IMG/VR virus record: IMGVR_UViG_3300032307_000516
Location: 8,050 to 72,049 of that record
DNA length: 64,000 nt
From: a virus
Reading direction: 5' to 3' (one strand)
Shown: positions 6,385 through 15,030 of the stretch, in pieces
How the letters are laid out: every line of letters starts with the position of its first letter
Numbering within the stretch: position 1 is the first letter of the stretch
The notes under the pieces: model-generated
What the model was told of the DNA's origin: nothing
Database searches by the model: none
What the model saw: only the letters and a program-made list of their open reading frames with translations
Program-made: the position numbers and the translations under genes

Positions 6385-6537
6385 GATTAGAAGCGGTAGA
6401 TTTGGTTACTTCGCACTTTTAATGCCCGTGTCGGGGGTTCGAATCCCTCATCTAGCTCCATAGCAGATCCTAGGATTTGTGCTAGATTAGCTCAGCGGTA
6501 GAGCAGGTTCCAAACCAAATCTAAATATTCTCTAATC
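6385..6537 (+). ncRNA. scaffold RNA copy 1 enclosing a circularly permuted tRNA-Lys(TTT)
   Basis: 3' tRNA half 6413-6460 precedes 5' half 6481-6507; flanks GATTAGA/TCTAATC and AGATTTGGTT/AACCAAATCT pair. Confidence 0.85.
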
Positions 6538-6545
6538 CTAATATT

Positions 6546-6629
6546 GATTAGAAGCGGTGAAAGGGGTTACTTCTCAAAACCTTGTAAATTTTTGACCAAA
6601 AAACCACCCCGATTAAATATTCTCTAATC
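6546..6629 (+). ncRNA. scaffold RNA copy 2 without tRNA cargo
   Basis: GATTAGAAGCGGT...GGTTACTTC...TAAATATTCTCTAATC repeated, with a different inner stem GGGGT/ACCCC. Confidence 0.75.
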
Positions 6630-6635
6630 AAAACT

Positions 6636-6707
6636 GGGGATGTAGCTCAGCGGTAGAGCTCCCGACTGTTAATCGGTAGGTCGCTGGTTCGAATCCAGCC
6701 TTCCCCG
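6636..6707 (+). tRNA. tRNA-Asn(GTT)
   Basis: Cloverleaf, loop CTGTTAA. Confidence 0.93.
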
Positions 6708-6743
6708 CAATTCAGAGTGTTGAGCAATTGGTTGCTCAGCTGA
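6687..6743 (+). repeat. direct repeat copy 1 (tRNA-Asn 3' end plus truncated tRNA-Tyr 5' part)
   Basis: Near-identical to 7870-7927. Confidence 0.85.
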
Positions 6744-6780
6744 TAAAAGAATATATTATATTTAGATTCAATTTTAAGTT

Positions 6781-7716
6781 ATGACAGGATACCATATATA
6801 CTACCAAACATCAGAAGATGGAGAATATGAGCAAATAAATTATTTAGTTCAATTAGCTTCAATTTTAAATTGGAAAAAGAATTATGGCCCCATCAAATTG
6901 TATTGTAACCAAAGATTTCTAGAGTCTATATCCAAATATGGAATTGATAAAGAATATGATTTTATTGATACTGAGTATTTAGAATCAGTTCCATATAAAG
7001 ATAGTATGTCGACATTTTGGAGCTTTTGCAAAATTTATGTCGCTAAAAAGATTGTCGAAACTGAATCGGAATTTTGTATTTTAGATACTGATTTATGGAT
7101 TCAAGCGCCTGACTTATTAAGTCAAGAACATGATTTAGTTTTACATCACGCTGAAGCTTATGATCTAAATTATGATCGCAACCCATATCCAGATCCTAGA
7201 AATTGGTTAATTGAGTCAGAGATAGAAGAATATGATTGGAATACCTCTCCCGCAAATTGCGCGATATTGTATTTTAAAAATAAAAGTAAAGAGTTAATAG
7301 ATGCTTGGTATGAATTTGCAATTAAAATAGTAGAGCGTCATAAAGATAATAATACAGAACCGAATTTGCGTTGCGGTACTATTTTTATCGAGCAACGTCT
7401 ATTACCTACAATAGCAAAGAAAATGGGTATATCAATGACGGTCGTGTCTCCTTGTACTTATTTAACTTGGATACCAGCTTCATTGGCTGATGGGCGGGAA
7501 TGGAGGCCTTCATTAGATTATTCAGAACGATCTTTATATATTGGTTCTAATATTAAACATGTATGGGGAGCAAAAAAGTTTTATTCTGAAAATTGGATTC
7601 GGGAGTTAATAATTGACAATGCTATGATAGGAATTAATTTAGTTCAGAATCAAGAAAGAAAGTATTTTAAGTTATACAGTGATGTGCATGAAGTGCATCC
7701 AAAAAAATATATTTAA
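6781..7716 (+). CDS. DUF6734-like / GT-A glycosyltransferase-like protein
   Basis: GPIKLY, FWSFCKIY, hydrophobic strand plus DTD (DxD), EQ motif. Confidence 0.6.
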   Translation: MTGYHIYYQTSEDGEYEQINYLVQLASILNWKKNYGPIKLYCNQRFLESISKYGIDKEYDFIDTEYLESVPYKDSMSTFWSFCKIYVAKKIVETESEFCILDTDLWIQAPDLLSQEHDLVLHHAEAYDLNYDRNPYPDPRNWLIESEIEEYDWNTSPANCAILYFKNKSKELIDAWYEFAIKIVERHKDNNTEPNLRCGTIFIEQRLLPTIAKKMGISMTVVSPCTYLTWIPASLADGREWRPSLDYSERSLYIGSNIKHVWGAKKFYSENWIRELIIDNAMIGINLVQNQERKYFKLYSDVHEVHPKKYI

Positions 7717-7785
7717 AATAAATTAAAAAATATTTGGTACTTACAAATGGTAACACCTTATATTTATATATAGTTAAAAAGAAAT

Positions 7786-7799
7786 AGTTCTTTAAAAAT
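7786..7799 (+). promoter_or_regulatory. boxA-like element
   Basis: AGTTCTTTAAAAAT directly upstream of tRNA block. Confidence 0.5.
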
Positions 7800-7802
7800 A
7801 TT

Positions 7803-7891
7803 GGAAGGGTGACAGAGTTGGTCTATCGCGCCGGTCTTGAAAACCGGTGAACTCGAAAGGGTTCAGTGAGTTCGAATCCAACCTTCCCTCG
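7803..7891 (+). pseudogene. chimeric pseudo-tRNA-Ser(TGA) with Asn-derived 3' end
   Basis: Ser-type 5' part and variable arm intact; T stem and acceptor mispair because sequence after GTTCGAATC matches tRNA-Asn. Confidence 0.75.
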
Positions 7892-7927
7892 CACTTCGGA
7901 GTGTTGAGCAATTGGCTGCTCAGCTGA
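7870..7927 (+). repeat. direct repeat copy 2
   Basis: Near-identical to 6687-6743. Confidence 0.85.
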
Positions 7928-7981
7928 CTGTAAATCAGCCGCCTTACGGCATTGGGGGTTCGAATCCCTCCGCTCCGACCA
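7897..7981 (+). tRNA. tRNA-Tyr(GTA), C1:G72
   Basis: Loop CTGTAAA, variable arm, encoded CCA. Confidence 0.93.
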
Positions 7982-7984
7982 AAT

Positions 7985-8059
7985 GCAGGTATCGTATAAC
8001 GGTCATTACTTCTGACTTCCAATCAGAAGATCTCGGTTCGATTCCGGGTACCTGCTCCA
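7985..8059 (+). tRNA. tRNA-Gly(TCC)
   Basis: Loop CTTCCAA, U73, CCA. Confidence 0.95.
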
Positions 8060-8062
8060 AAT

Positions 8063-8102
8063 GCCGGGTGATCCTCTCGTTGAATCACGAGAGCCGGCTC
8101 CA
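8063..8102 (+). ncRNA. 40-nt minihelix-like RNA ending TCCA
   Basis: GCCGG/CCGGC-T-CCA stacked on CTCTCGT/ACGAGAG hairpin. Confidence 0.5.
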
Positions 8103-8103
8103 C

Positions 8104-8177
8104 GGGGGATTAGCTCAGTTGGCTAGAGTACTTGCCTTGCACGCAAGGGGTCATCGGTTCGAATCCGATATCCTCCA
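8104..8177 (+). tRNA. tRNA-Ala(TGC)
   Basis: Loop CTTGCAC, G3:U70. Confidence 0.95.
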
Positions 8178-8186
8178 CTTTTATAT

Positions 8187-8259
8187 GGCGAGTTAGCTCA
8201 GTTGGTAGAGCGTCGGAATCATACCCCGAAGGTCGGCAGTTCGAACCTGCCACTCGCTA
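8187..8259 (+). tRNA. tRNA-Met(CAT), elongator
   Basis: Loop ATCATAC, paired 1:72. Confidence 0.9.
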
Positions 8260-8261
8260 CT

Positions 8262-8338
8262 GTGACGGTAGCTCAGTTGGTTAGAGCGTCTGATTGTGGT
8301 TCAGAAGGTCGGGGGTTCGATTCCCCTCTGTCACCCCA
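8262..8338 (+). tRNA. tRNA-His(GTG)
   Basis: Loop TTGTGGT, C73, CCA. Confidence 0.93.
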
Positions 8339-8339
8339 T

Positions 8340-8412
8340 GCCTTTGTAGCTCAGCTGGTAGAGCGCTTCACTTGTAATGAAGATGTCGCAGGTTCGATCC
8401 CTGTCAAAGGCT
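8340..8412 (+). tRNA. tRNA-Thr(TGT)
   Basis: Loop CTTGTAA. Confidence 0.95.
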
Positions 8413-8418
8413 CTATAA

Positions 8419-8491
8419 TGTCCTGTGGTGTAATTGGCAACACGTCTGATTTTGGTTCAGAAGAGTCCAGGTTCGAGCCCTGGCGGGACAT
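8419..8491 (+). tRNA. tRNA-Gln(TTG)
   Basis: Loop TTTTGGT, U1:A72. Confidence 0.95.
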
Positions 8492-8537
8492 CTAAAAAAT
8501 AAGATAAATACAATAACCAGTATGTAAAAATAGAGCT

Positions 8538-9026
8538 ATGAAAGTGCTAGTATTAAATAATGACTTTACGCCTATAAGCGTTACCGATTTTGCCCGGGGA
8601 TTTAAGCTTGTATATAAAGGTAAAGCAGAAATTTTAGAGCACGATGAACAAAACCCAATTGTTACTGATCAAAGCACCTACAAAAGACCATCAGTAATTC
8701 GACTTCTAAAGTATGTTGTTTTGCCTTTCAAAAAGCTAAAACCTACAAGGGAAAATATCTTTAAAAGAGATGAGATGAAATGTATCTATTGTGATACATC
8801 AAAAAATCTCACAATAGATCACGTTTTTCCCAGATCTAGAGGTGGTGGTAACACATGGGAAAATTTAGCTACATGCTGTTCAAAATGTAACGGTAGAAAA
8901 GGAGATAGAACCCCGGAAGAAGCCGGAATGAAAATGAGACAAAAGCCATTTAAACCCGGATATGGCTATTTCATAAGGAATTTTTCCAAAGGAATAGATG
9001 TGTGGACAGCATATCTTCCAGATTAA
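8538..9026 (+). CDS. HNH endonuclease (McrA-like)
   Basis: CxYC, TIDHVFPRSRGG, WENL, CxxCN motifs. Confidence 0.9.
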   Translation: MKVLVLNNDFTPISVTDFARGFKLVYKGKAEILEHDEQNPIVTDQSTYKRPSVIRLLKYVVLPFKKLKPTRENIFKRDEMKCIYCDTSKNLTIDHVFPRSRGGGNTWENLATCCSKCNGRKGDRTPEEAGMKMRQKPFKPGYGYFIRNFSKGIDVWTAYLPD

Positions 9027-9097
9027 TAATTTATAGGAATCGTTTTTTTTATTCTAGAAGTTTCTATATTTTTATCATAACCAAAAATGTAAAATAT

Positions 9098-9649
9098 ATG
9101 AAATACTATTTAATCATCCTATTATCAGCATTTATAGGTTTTAATTCTTTCTCACAAAGTGCTATAGAAAAAGAGTTATTAAATCAGCTTAATGTTTATC
9201 GTAAAAGCAAAGGTTTAGGACCTATGTCTATCGATGCAAAATTATACGATGTAGCATTATATCATTCTAGATACTTAGAACAATGCGCAATAGTAGGACA
9301 TAATACACATTATGATAAATTGCCTCACGATGAGCAGTTCGATATCAAAAACCACAAAGAAATGAATACAGATCTTCGTGCTGCGATGTATCCAGATGGA
9401 AATATGTACGGGGAAATATCAATGCAATCTTTTTTAATCGATTCGACTGCTAATGTTACTAAAATATGTAAATCAATAATCGATCAATTCGCAGGGTCTC
9501 CAAATCACAAAGAAATCATGGTTACAGATTTTGGTACGGATAAAAGATTAAAACCAATTGTGGGTATTTCAGTAATACAGGTAAAATGCGATATTCCAGG
9601 AAACTATAAGTATGTCGTAAATATAGATTTCGGGGTTATTACTTTTTAA
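9098..9649 (+). CDS. secreted CAP/SCP-domain protein
   Basis: Signal peptide MKYYLIILL..., LNVYRKSKGL, A..HS, SPNH motifs. Confidence 0.7.
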   Translation: MKYYLIILLSAFIGFNSFSQSAIEKELLNQLNVYRKSKGLGPMSIDAKLYDVALYHSRYLEQCAIVGHNTHYDKLPHDEQFDIKNHKEMNTDLRAAMYPDGNMYGEISMQSFLIDSTANVTKICKSIIDQFAGSPNHKEIMVTDFGTDKRLKPIVGISVIQVKCDIPGNYKYVVNIDFGVITF

Positions 9650-10934
9650 CATCTCCTCCACAGGTTGCAGCTAAACTAAAAGCTGTACCTGCACAAGGTG
9701 AAAATACCACCATATCTAATGAGTCTTTTACAAATGTTTTATTTACTTTTATAGTTATATCATCAATATCGACAACATTAGGCATTGGTAATTTTTTGGA
9801 CTTTATTAAACTTGATGTGGTCATACCCGCTTTATTATCCGAATATGTAGTATATTTGCTTATATCGTAAGTTGAGTATACCTCTATTTTTCCTTGAGCA
9901 TCAAAGAAATTAGGATTTAATGATTTAATATCGCCTTTAAGTCCTAATTTTTTAATTCTTGCATTAATTCCATTAACTAGAGCGTTTCCTTTGTTGTATA
10001 CTTCATTTAATGCTTTTTTGTAATCCTTGACCATATATGTTTTATTGTCTATGATTCTTTTTTCTGGCATTAATCCGTTTCCTTTTTCTGCTTCTGCTTT
10101 TGCTTTAGTGAAAACCGCCTCATCATAAGGCTCTACTACCACTCCTCCTAAAGATCCGCAGAAAGGAGAAAGCCTATGTTCGTCGTTATATTTATAGAGG
10201 AATGAATCTGGTACAGTTTGTGGGTTGAAATTAATATTCATTACGTCTCCTGCTTTTGCTATGATATAAACATTCTTATCGTATCCAGCAAAGAAGTTCT
10301 CTGACGTACCTTTACCACCTCTTCCTGTAGTTGTTTTGTTACAAGAGACCTTTCTATCCTCTTCTATTTTTTCTCCCTCTGCATCGATACCTGATGATAT
10401 CTTTTGATATTTTTTAAATTCCTCAGAATCCTTATCTGAGCCAGATTTATACTCTGGACCTTGATTAGGTTTTGGTGTTTTTGTTATCTTAACCTTATTT
10501 TTAACATTAGCAAGGAAAGTCTCCTTCTCTTCTGTTTTAAGAGCTAGATATTTAAAAAGTAAATCATTTATTATTCCCTCTAATGTTTCCAATCTTGCTT
10601 TAGCAAGTCCGGTATTTGATAGATCTGTATATCCGGATTCTTTTAAAGCAGCTTTCGCATTAGGTCCTAAAGGTACTTTACTTGTGGATGCTATTAGGTT
10701 AATATTAAGTCTTTGTCCTATATAGTCTTGTGATTTCATAATGGGCAATATACCTTTTCTGAAATCATTTTCTATTTTTTTTAAAGATTCCTCGCTAATA
10801 TCTTTTTTTAAGAATTTACCGGAATCGAAATTAAAATCCCAGTCAACTTCTTGATTTCCTGGTTTTTCTTCCTCATATACTTTATTGTATGATTCGTTAA
10901 TAAATTCTGTAAATGATAATACTGATCTTTTCAT
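9639..10934 (-). CDS. hypothetical protein, candidate internal head protein
   Basis: 431-aa ORF; N-terminal FTEFINES motif; GATATATA upstream. Confidence 0.7.
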   Translation of the reverse strand: MKRSVLSFTEFINESYNKVYEEEKPGNQEVDWDFNFDSGKFLKKDISEESLKKIENDFRKGILPIMKSQDYIGQRLNINLIASTSKVPLGPNAKAALKESGYTDLSNTGLAKARLETLEGIINDLLFKYLALKTEEKETFLANVKNKVKITKTPKPNQGPEYKSGSDKDSEEFKKYQKISSGIDAEGEKIEEDRKVSCNKTTTGRGGKGTSENFFAGYDKNVYIIAKAGDVMNINFNPQTVPDSFLYKYNDEHRLSPFCGSLGGVVVEPYDEAVFTKAKAEAEKGNGLMPEKRIIDNKTYMVKDYKKALNEVYNKGNALVNGINARIKKLGLKGDIKSLNPNFFDAQGKIEVYSTYDISKYTTYSDNKAGMTTSSLIKSKKLPMPNVVDIDDITIKVNKTFVKDSLDMVVFSPCAGTAFSLAATCGGDVKK

Positions 10935-11012
10935 CTTAATATATTTTTATATATATCCCTCATATTTTGGAATTTTTGGGATAATATTTAGTATAACAAT
11001 AAAAAGAAATAT

Positions 11013-12077
11013 ATGCTATTTGACTTTGACGATATTCTTATCGAACCAGAAATGCACACATCGATACTTTCTAGAAAAAAAGTAGACGTATTCGACGAGA
11101 AACAAATGCTCCCTCTTTTTACAGCTCCAATGGATACAGTAATTAGTATGGAAAATTGTGATTTTTTCAATTACGAAAGAATATACGGGATTATTCCAAG
11201 AAAGTTAAATTACGAATTAACAGACATCTCGACCGACTATAAAATGTGGTTTTCTTATGGTTTAGATGATTTTAAGAGACTTTTTATTGATAATAAGGCT
11301 AACATAGGTCTAGGAGAGAAAGCGTACGCCTTAATTGATATAGCGAACGGACATATGAAGATTGTAAAAGATCTAGTTGAACAATCTAAAGAGATCTATG
11401 GAAGAAGCTTAGTTATTATGGTTGGTAATTGTGCTAATCCTTTAACTTATCTTTCTTTAGCACAGGCAGGAGCTGATTATGTTAGAATGGGTATTGGAAA
11501 CGGAGCAGGATGTTTAACAACAGTACAAACTGGTGTTGGTTATCCTATGGCATCACTTATTCACGAAACAGCAAAGATTCAGCAAGAGAGAAATCTACAA
11601 ACTAAAATAGTTGCTGACGGGGGATTCAAAAAATATTCTGACGTTATAAAAGCTTTAGCTCTTGGAGCAGATTATGTAATGTTAGGTAGTATCCTTAATA
11701 AAGCTCTAGAAAGTTGTGGAGAGACGTATGAAGAGAATAGAAAATATGATTCTTGGACAGAGCCAGGAGAAAAAGTTGATCAGTACTCCAAAGATGTTTT
11801 TAACCAATTCGTTTCAGGTAAGAAATACTTTAAGAAGTTTAGAGGTATGTCTACGAAGGAGGTTCAGAAAAGCTTAGGTAAAACCGATCTAAAGACTTCC
11901 GAAGGAATCAGTAAGATGCAGCCTGTTGAATATACACTTAACGGATGGACAGAAAATTTCAAGGACTATCTTAAATCTGCAATGAGTTATACTGATTGTC
12001 TGACTCTAGGAGAATTTATTGGCAAAGTGAGGTTCAATAAAATCACTAAAAATTCTATGGAAAGATACCTAAAATAG
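11013..12077 (+). CDS. guaC: GMP reductase / IMPDH family oxidoreductase
   Basis: APMDTV, DIANGH, GIGNGAGCLT, IVADGG, GADYVMLG, FRGMS. Confidence 0.8.
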   Translation: MLFDFDDILIEPEMHTSILSRKKVDVFDEKQMLPLFTAPMDTVISMENCDFFNYERIYGIIPRKLNYELTDISTDYKMWFSYGLDDFKRLFIDNKANIGLGEKAYALIDIANGHMKIVKDLVEQSKEIYGRSLVIMVGNCANPLTYLSLAQAGADYVRMGIGNGAGCLTTVQTGVGYPMASLIHETAKIQQERNLQTKIVADGGFKKYSDVIKALALGADYVMLGSILNKALESCGETYEENRKYDSWTEPGEKVDQYSKDVFNQFVSGKKYFKKFRGMSTKEVQKSLGKTDLKTSEGISKMQPVEYTLNGWTENFKDYLKSAMSYTDCLTLGEFIGKVRFNKITKNSMERYLK

Positions 12078-12118
12078 GAAACTAGCTCAGGTTTTTTAGT
12101 ATAATAAGAAAAGATTTA

Positions 12119-12913
12119 ATGAAAAAGTTTGGAAGATTTAATGACGTGATCCGTTGGACCGCTCAGCAGATGTATGATTACTCATATATTGTTCATACTG
12201 AAAAATGGCAAGGAAAGGAAATCAAACACGATCCTAGATATGCTATGATCGAAACATTAAATCTTTCATTCTCTTGTCAGATGTCACCAGATATAAAAGT
12301 TATAGGTGAACAAATTAAACCTAATTTTGCATGGGCAGACGAACACTTCGAGGAAAGAGTTAGCGGTTCTCCTCTTAATCCACCTCCTTCTCATGTTCGT
12401 TGGCCTTATGCACAAAAAAATAATTCAGAATTTGGAGGAGAAGAAAAATTCTCACACACCTATCCTGAAAGAATCTGGCCTAAATATGGCGAATTAGATA
12501 GCAATAGTAAAGAGGAAAAGATCAAGGGTATCAGATATGATTATGGAGATTTTAGTGATGTTGTTGATTTAATGGTTAGAGAACCTTTCACCAGACAAGC
12601 ATTTCTTCCTATCTGGTTTCCTGAAGATACCGGATCCGTTCACGGAGAAAGAGTACCTTGTACTATCGGATATCATTTCATAAGAAGAGGAGATTGGGTT
12701 CATGTTGTTTATTACATCAGATCTTGCGATTTCTTTAGACATTTCAGAGACGATATTTATCTTTGTGCTAAAAAAGTATTTTGGTTAATTGAAGAATGTA
12801 AGAAAAAAGATCCAGAAAATTGGAAAGATGTAAAACCGGGAATGCTCACTATGCACATTACCTCTTTACATGCTTGGGCATCTGAAAAGCCTATGCTTAA
12901 GAATTTATTATAA
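12119..12913 (+). CDS. thymidylate synthase-like protein (possible dCMP (hydroxy)methylase)
   Basis: TRQA, VPC catalytic motif, RSCD, SLH. Confidence 0.8.
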   Translation: MKKFGRFNDVIRWTAQQMYDYSYIVHTEKWQGKEIKHDPRYAMIETLNLSFSCQMSPDIKVIGEQIKPNFAWADEHFEERVSGSPLNPPPSHVRWPYAQKNNSEFGGEEKFSHTYPERIWPKYGELDSNSKEEKIKGIRYDYGDFSDVVDLMVREPFTRQAFLPIWFPEDTGSVHGERVPCTIGYHFIRRGDWVHVVYYIRSCDFFRHFRDDIYLCAKKVFWLIEECKKKDPENWKDVKPGMLTMHITSLHAWASEKPMLKNLL

Positions 12914-12926
12914 GGATATATAATAG

Positions 12927-13736
12927 ATGCTAAAACATCTAAGAGACTTTAAAAACTTCCTAAACGAATCTATAAGAATAGAGAAAGTAGATCCTGCGTC
13001 ATATCAAGACGAGACTGTTACTGCTTTACCGTATTCAAAACTCATAGATGAAAATCGACAAGCGTTTCTTAAAAAAGTTGTAAGAATATCAGAGGATTTA
13101 GGAATAGATCCTTTATGGCTTATGCACACTATTTTTCATGAAAGCGAATTCGATCCAAAGAAAAAAGATAGGATGTCTGGAGCAGTTGGGCTTTTATCTT
13201 TTATGCCTTTAGTTATACAAAAATTTATAGATACAGAAAGCGGTAAAACTTTAACTCCCAATGATGTTCTACAGATGTCCAATATCGATCAACTAGATAT
13301 TATTAGATCTTTTTATAAGGCCTGGTTCGAAAGAATGAGACTAAAAAAACCTATAGTAGCTGGAGATTTTGCAGCAATTACTTTTTATCCTGCAGTAATA
13401 AAAAAAGATTGGGAGTGGGAATTTCCGGATTATATTGTAGAAAAGAATAACCAAATGTTTAAATCGTTCCCGTCAGGGGGTAGAACAAAGAAAGATTACT
13501 ATGAATATATCGATCAGGTTTTTAAAAACGATAAAGAATATAGTGATTTTAGCGATAGACTACTAGGTAATTTTACAGGAGCTATAGCTGAGCCTGGAGA
13601 ATATGAAAATAAAAAACCTTTAGAATATTATAGAGAACTTCTTACAAGTATAGAAGACCCGGTTCTTAGTCAACAATCTCAAGCACAACTACAGGACCAA
13701 CAAGAGACTGAAAAATTTAAACAATCAGACAAATAA
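12927..13736 (+). CDS. lytic transglycosylase (SLT-like) domain protein
   Basis: LGIDPLWLM..IFHES, GAVGLLSF, QLD motifs. Confidence 0.65.
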   Translation: MLKHLRDFKNFLNESIRIEKVDPASYQDETVTALPYSKLIDENRQAFLKKVVRISEDLGIDPLWLMHTIFHESEFDPKKKDRMSGAVGLLSFMPLVIQKFIDTESGKTLTPNDVLQMSNIDQLDIIRSFYKAWFERMRLKKPIVAGDFAAITFYPAVIKKDWEWEFPDYIVEKNNQMFKSFPSGGRTKKDYYEYIDQVFKNDKEYSDFSDRLLGNFTGAIAEPGEYENKKPLEYYRELLTSIEDPVLSQQSQAQLQDQQETEKFKQSDK

Positions 13737-13747
13737 AAAACGAAGCT

Positions 13748-14014
13748 ATGAAATTTATTACTAATTTTTTTAAAAAACTGTTTGGTAAAACAGAAAAAAA
13801 TATCGAAGATAAAGATATCGATATCAGAATAGAAATATGGGAGCCACCAAAGAATGTTGAGATCTATCAAGAAATAAGAGAAGATCACGAAAAATCCCAA
13901 GTAGAATTAAAACCAAAAAAGAAAAAACCTTCTAAGCCAAGAGCTAAAAAAGAGGATAATTCTAAACCAGTTGAAGCTCCTAAAAAAACCACAAGAAAGA
14001 AAAAATCGGAGTAA
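13748..14014 (+). CDS. Lys-rich hypothetical protein
   Basis: 88-aa ORF. Confidence 0.6.
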   Translation: MKFITNFFKKLFGKTEKNIEDKDIDIRIEIWEPPKNVEIYQEIREDHEKSQVELKPKKKKPSKPRAKKEDNSKPVEAPKKTTRKKKSE

Positions 14015-14141
14015 TTCTTGGAACTTTTTAAGTCTTAGTTATATAATAATAGAACTAGAGGTTTCTAGTCACTTCCCGGTCAACAAACCGTAGAGCTTTC
14101 AGAAATGGACGCAAAGGAAGGGGCCAAATAAAATAATCTTT

Positions 14142-14990
14142 ATGTATTATTCAACGCCAAGTGGGATGTCGCAGTGTACTGCTAGCATCACAAGAAACAG
14201 AAACAGAGCCAAAATTTATGGCGATTCCATCTATCTGAAAGATGGAGAGAACTTCGAGATTGAATTATTCAATCCAACCACAGCAAGGGTACTTGCGAAA
14301 ATCACTATCAACGGTAAGTCAATTTCAAATTCAGGAATTGTATTAAAGCCAGGGGAAAGAGTTTACCTTGAAAGATTTATTGATTCCAACAATAAATTTG
14401 TTTTTGAAACCTACGAGGTTGAAAAATCTAACGAGGCTTTAAATGCTATTGTAGACAATGGATTAATCAAGATTGAGTTTTTTAACGAGATCACATTAAA
14501 TTCTGGTTTTACCCTACAAGGATCAACAGGGTTTGGATCAACGATAACAACCCTTGGTACTAATTATCAGTATACCTCACAAGGTCCTATTGGTACTGTT
14601 GGTCCTAGTGGTACAATAGGATTAAATAGTATAACTAACGATTCTTATTTCAATAATTCAACACTTACTGCATCTTTTGGAGGAACAACATCGAATAATA
14701 TTTTCGTTACTACTTCAATGATAAATGAATCTATTAAGGGATCCAACGAAAGTAATTCTAAAGGAATTGAAACAGGAAGAATTGAGAAAGGTGAATCTAG
14801 CGAACAATCTTTCTCAACTACTAATGGTAATTTTAGCTATTTTCCTACAACAACTATTTCTTATCGATTGTTACCAACTTCAGCAAAACCAGTAGAGACT
14901 TCTGAAATTAGAAACTATTGTACTGGATGTGGATCTAGAATAAAGAAATCCAGCTGGAAATTCTGCCCTTCGTGCGGTGAAAAATTCTAA
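14142..14990 (+). CDS. hypothetical protein with C-terminal zinc ribbon
   Basis: YCTGCG...KFCPSCG. Confidence 0.75.
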   Translation: MYYSTPSGMSQCTASITRNRNRAKIYGDSIYLKDGENFEIELFNPTTARVLAKITINGKSISNSGIVLKPGERVYLERFIDSNNKFVFETYEVEKSNEALNAIVDNGLIKIEFFNEITLNSGFTLQGSTGFGSTITTLGTNYQYTSQGPIGTVGPSGTIGLNSITNDSYFNNSTLTASFGGTTSNNIFVTTSMINESIKGSNESNSKGIETGRIEKGESSEQSFSTTNGNFSYFPTTTISYRLLPTSAKPVETSEIRNYCTGCGSRIKKSSWKFCPSCGEKF

Positions 14991-15003
14991 ACCTTACTAC
15001 ACA

Positions 15004-15030
15004 AAAAACCCAGGAGAGATCCTGGGTTTG
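15004..15030. terminator. bidirectional intrinsic terminator
   Basis: AAACCCAGGA/TCCTGGGTTT hairpin between convergent genes. Confidence 0.75.

Noticed and set aside
6385-6629. CRISPR mini-array
   Set aside because: Only two composite copies; ends pair with each other and enclose structured cargo rather than uniform spacers
8538-9026. HNH as mobile homing endonuclease or intron
   Set aside because: Stand-alone McrA-type protein with no interrupted gene or intron structure evident
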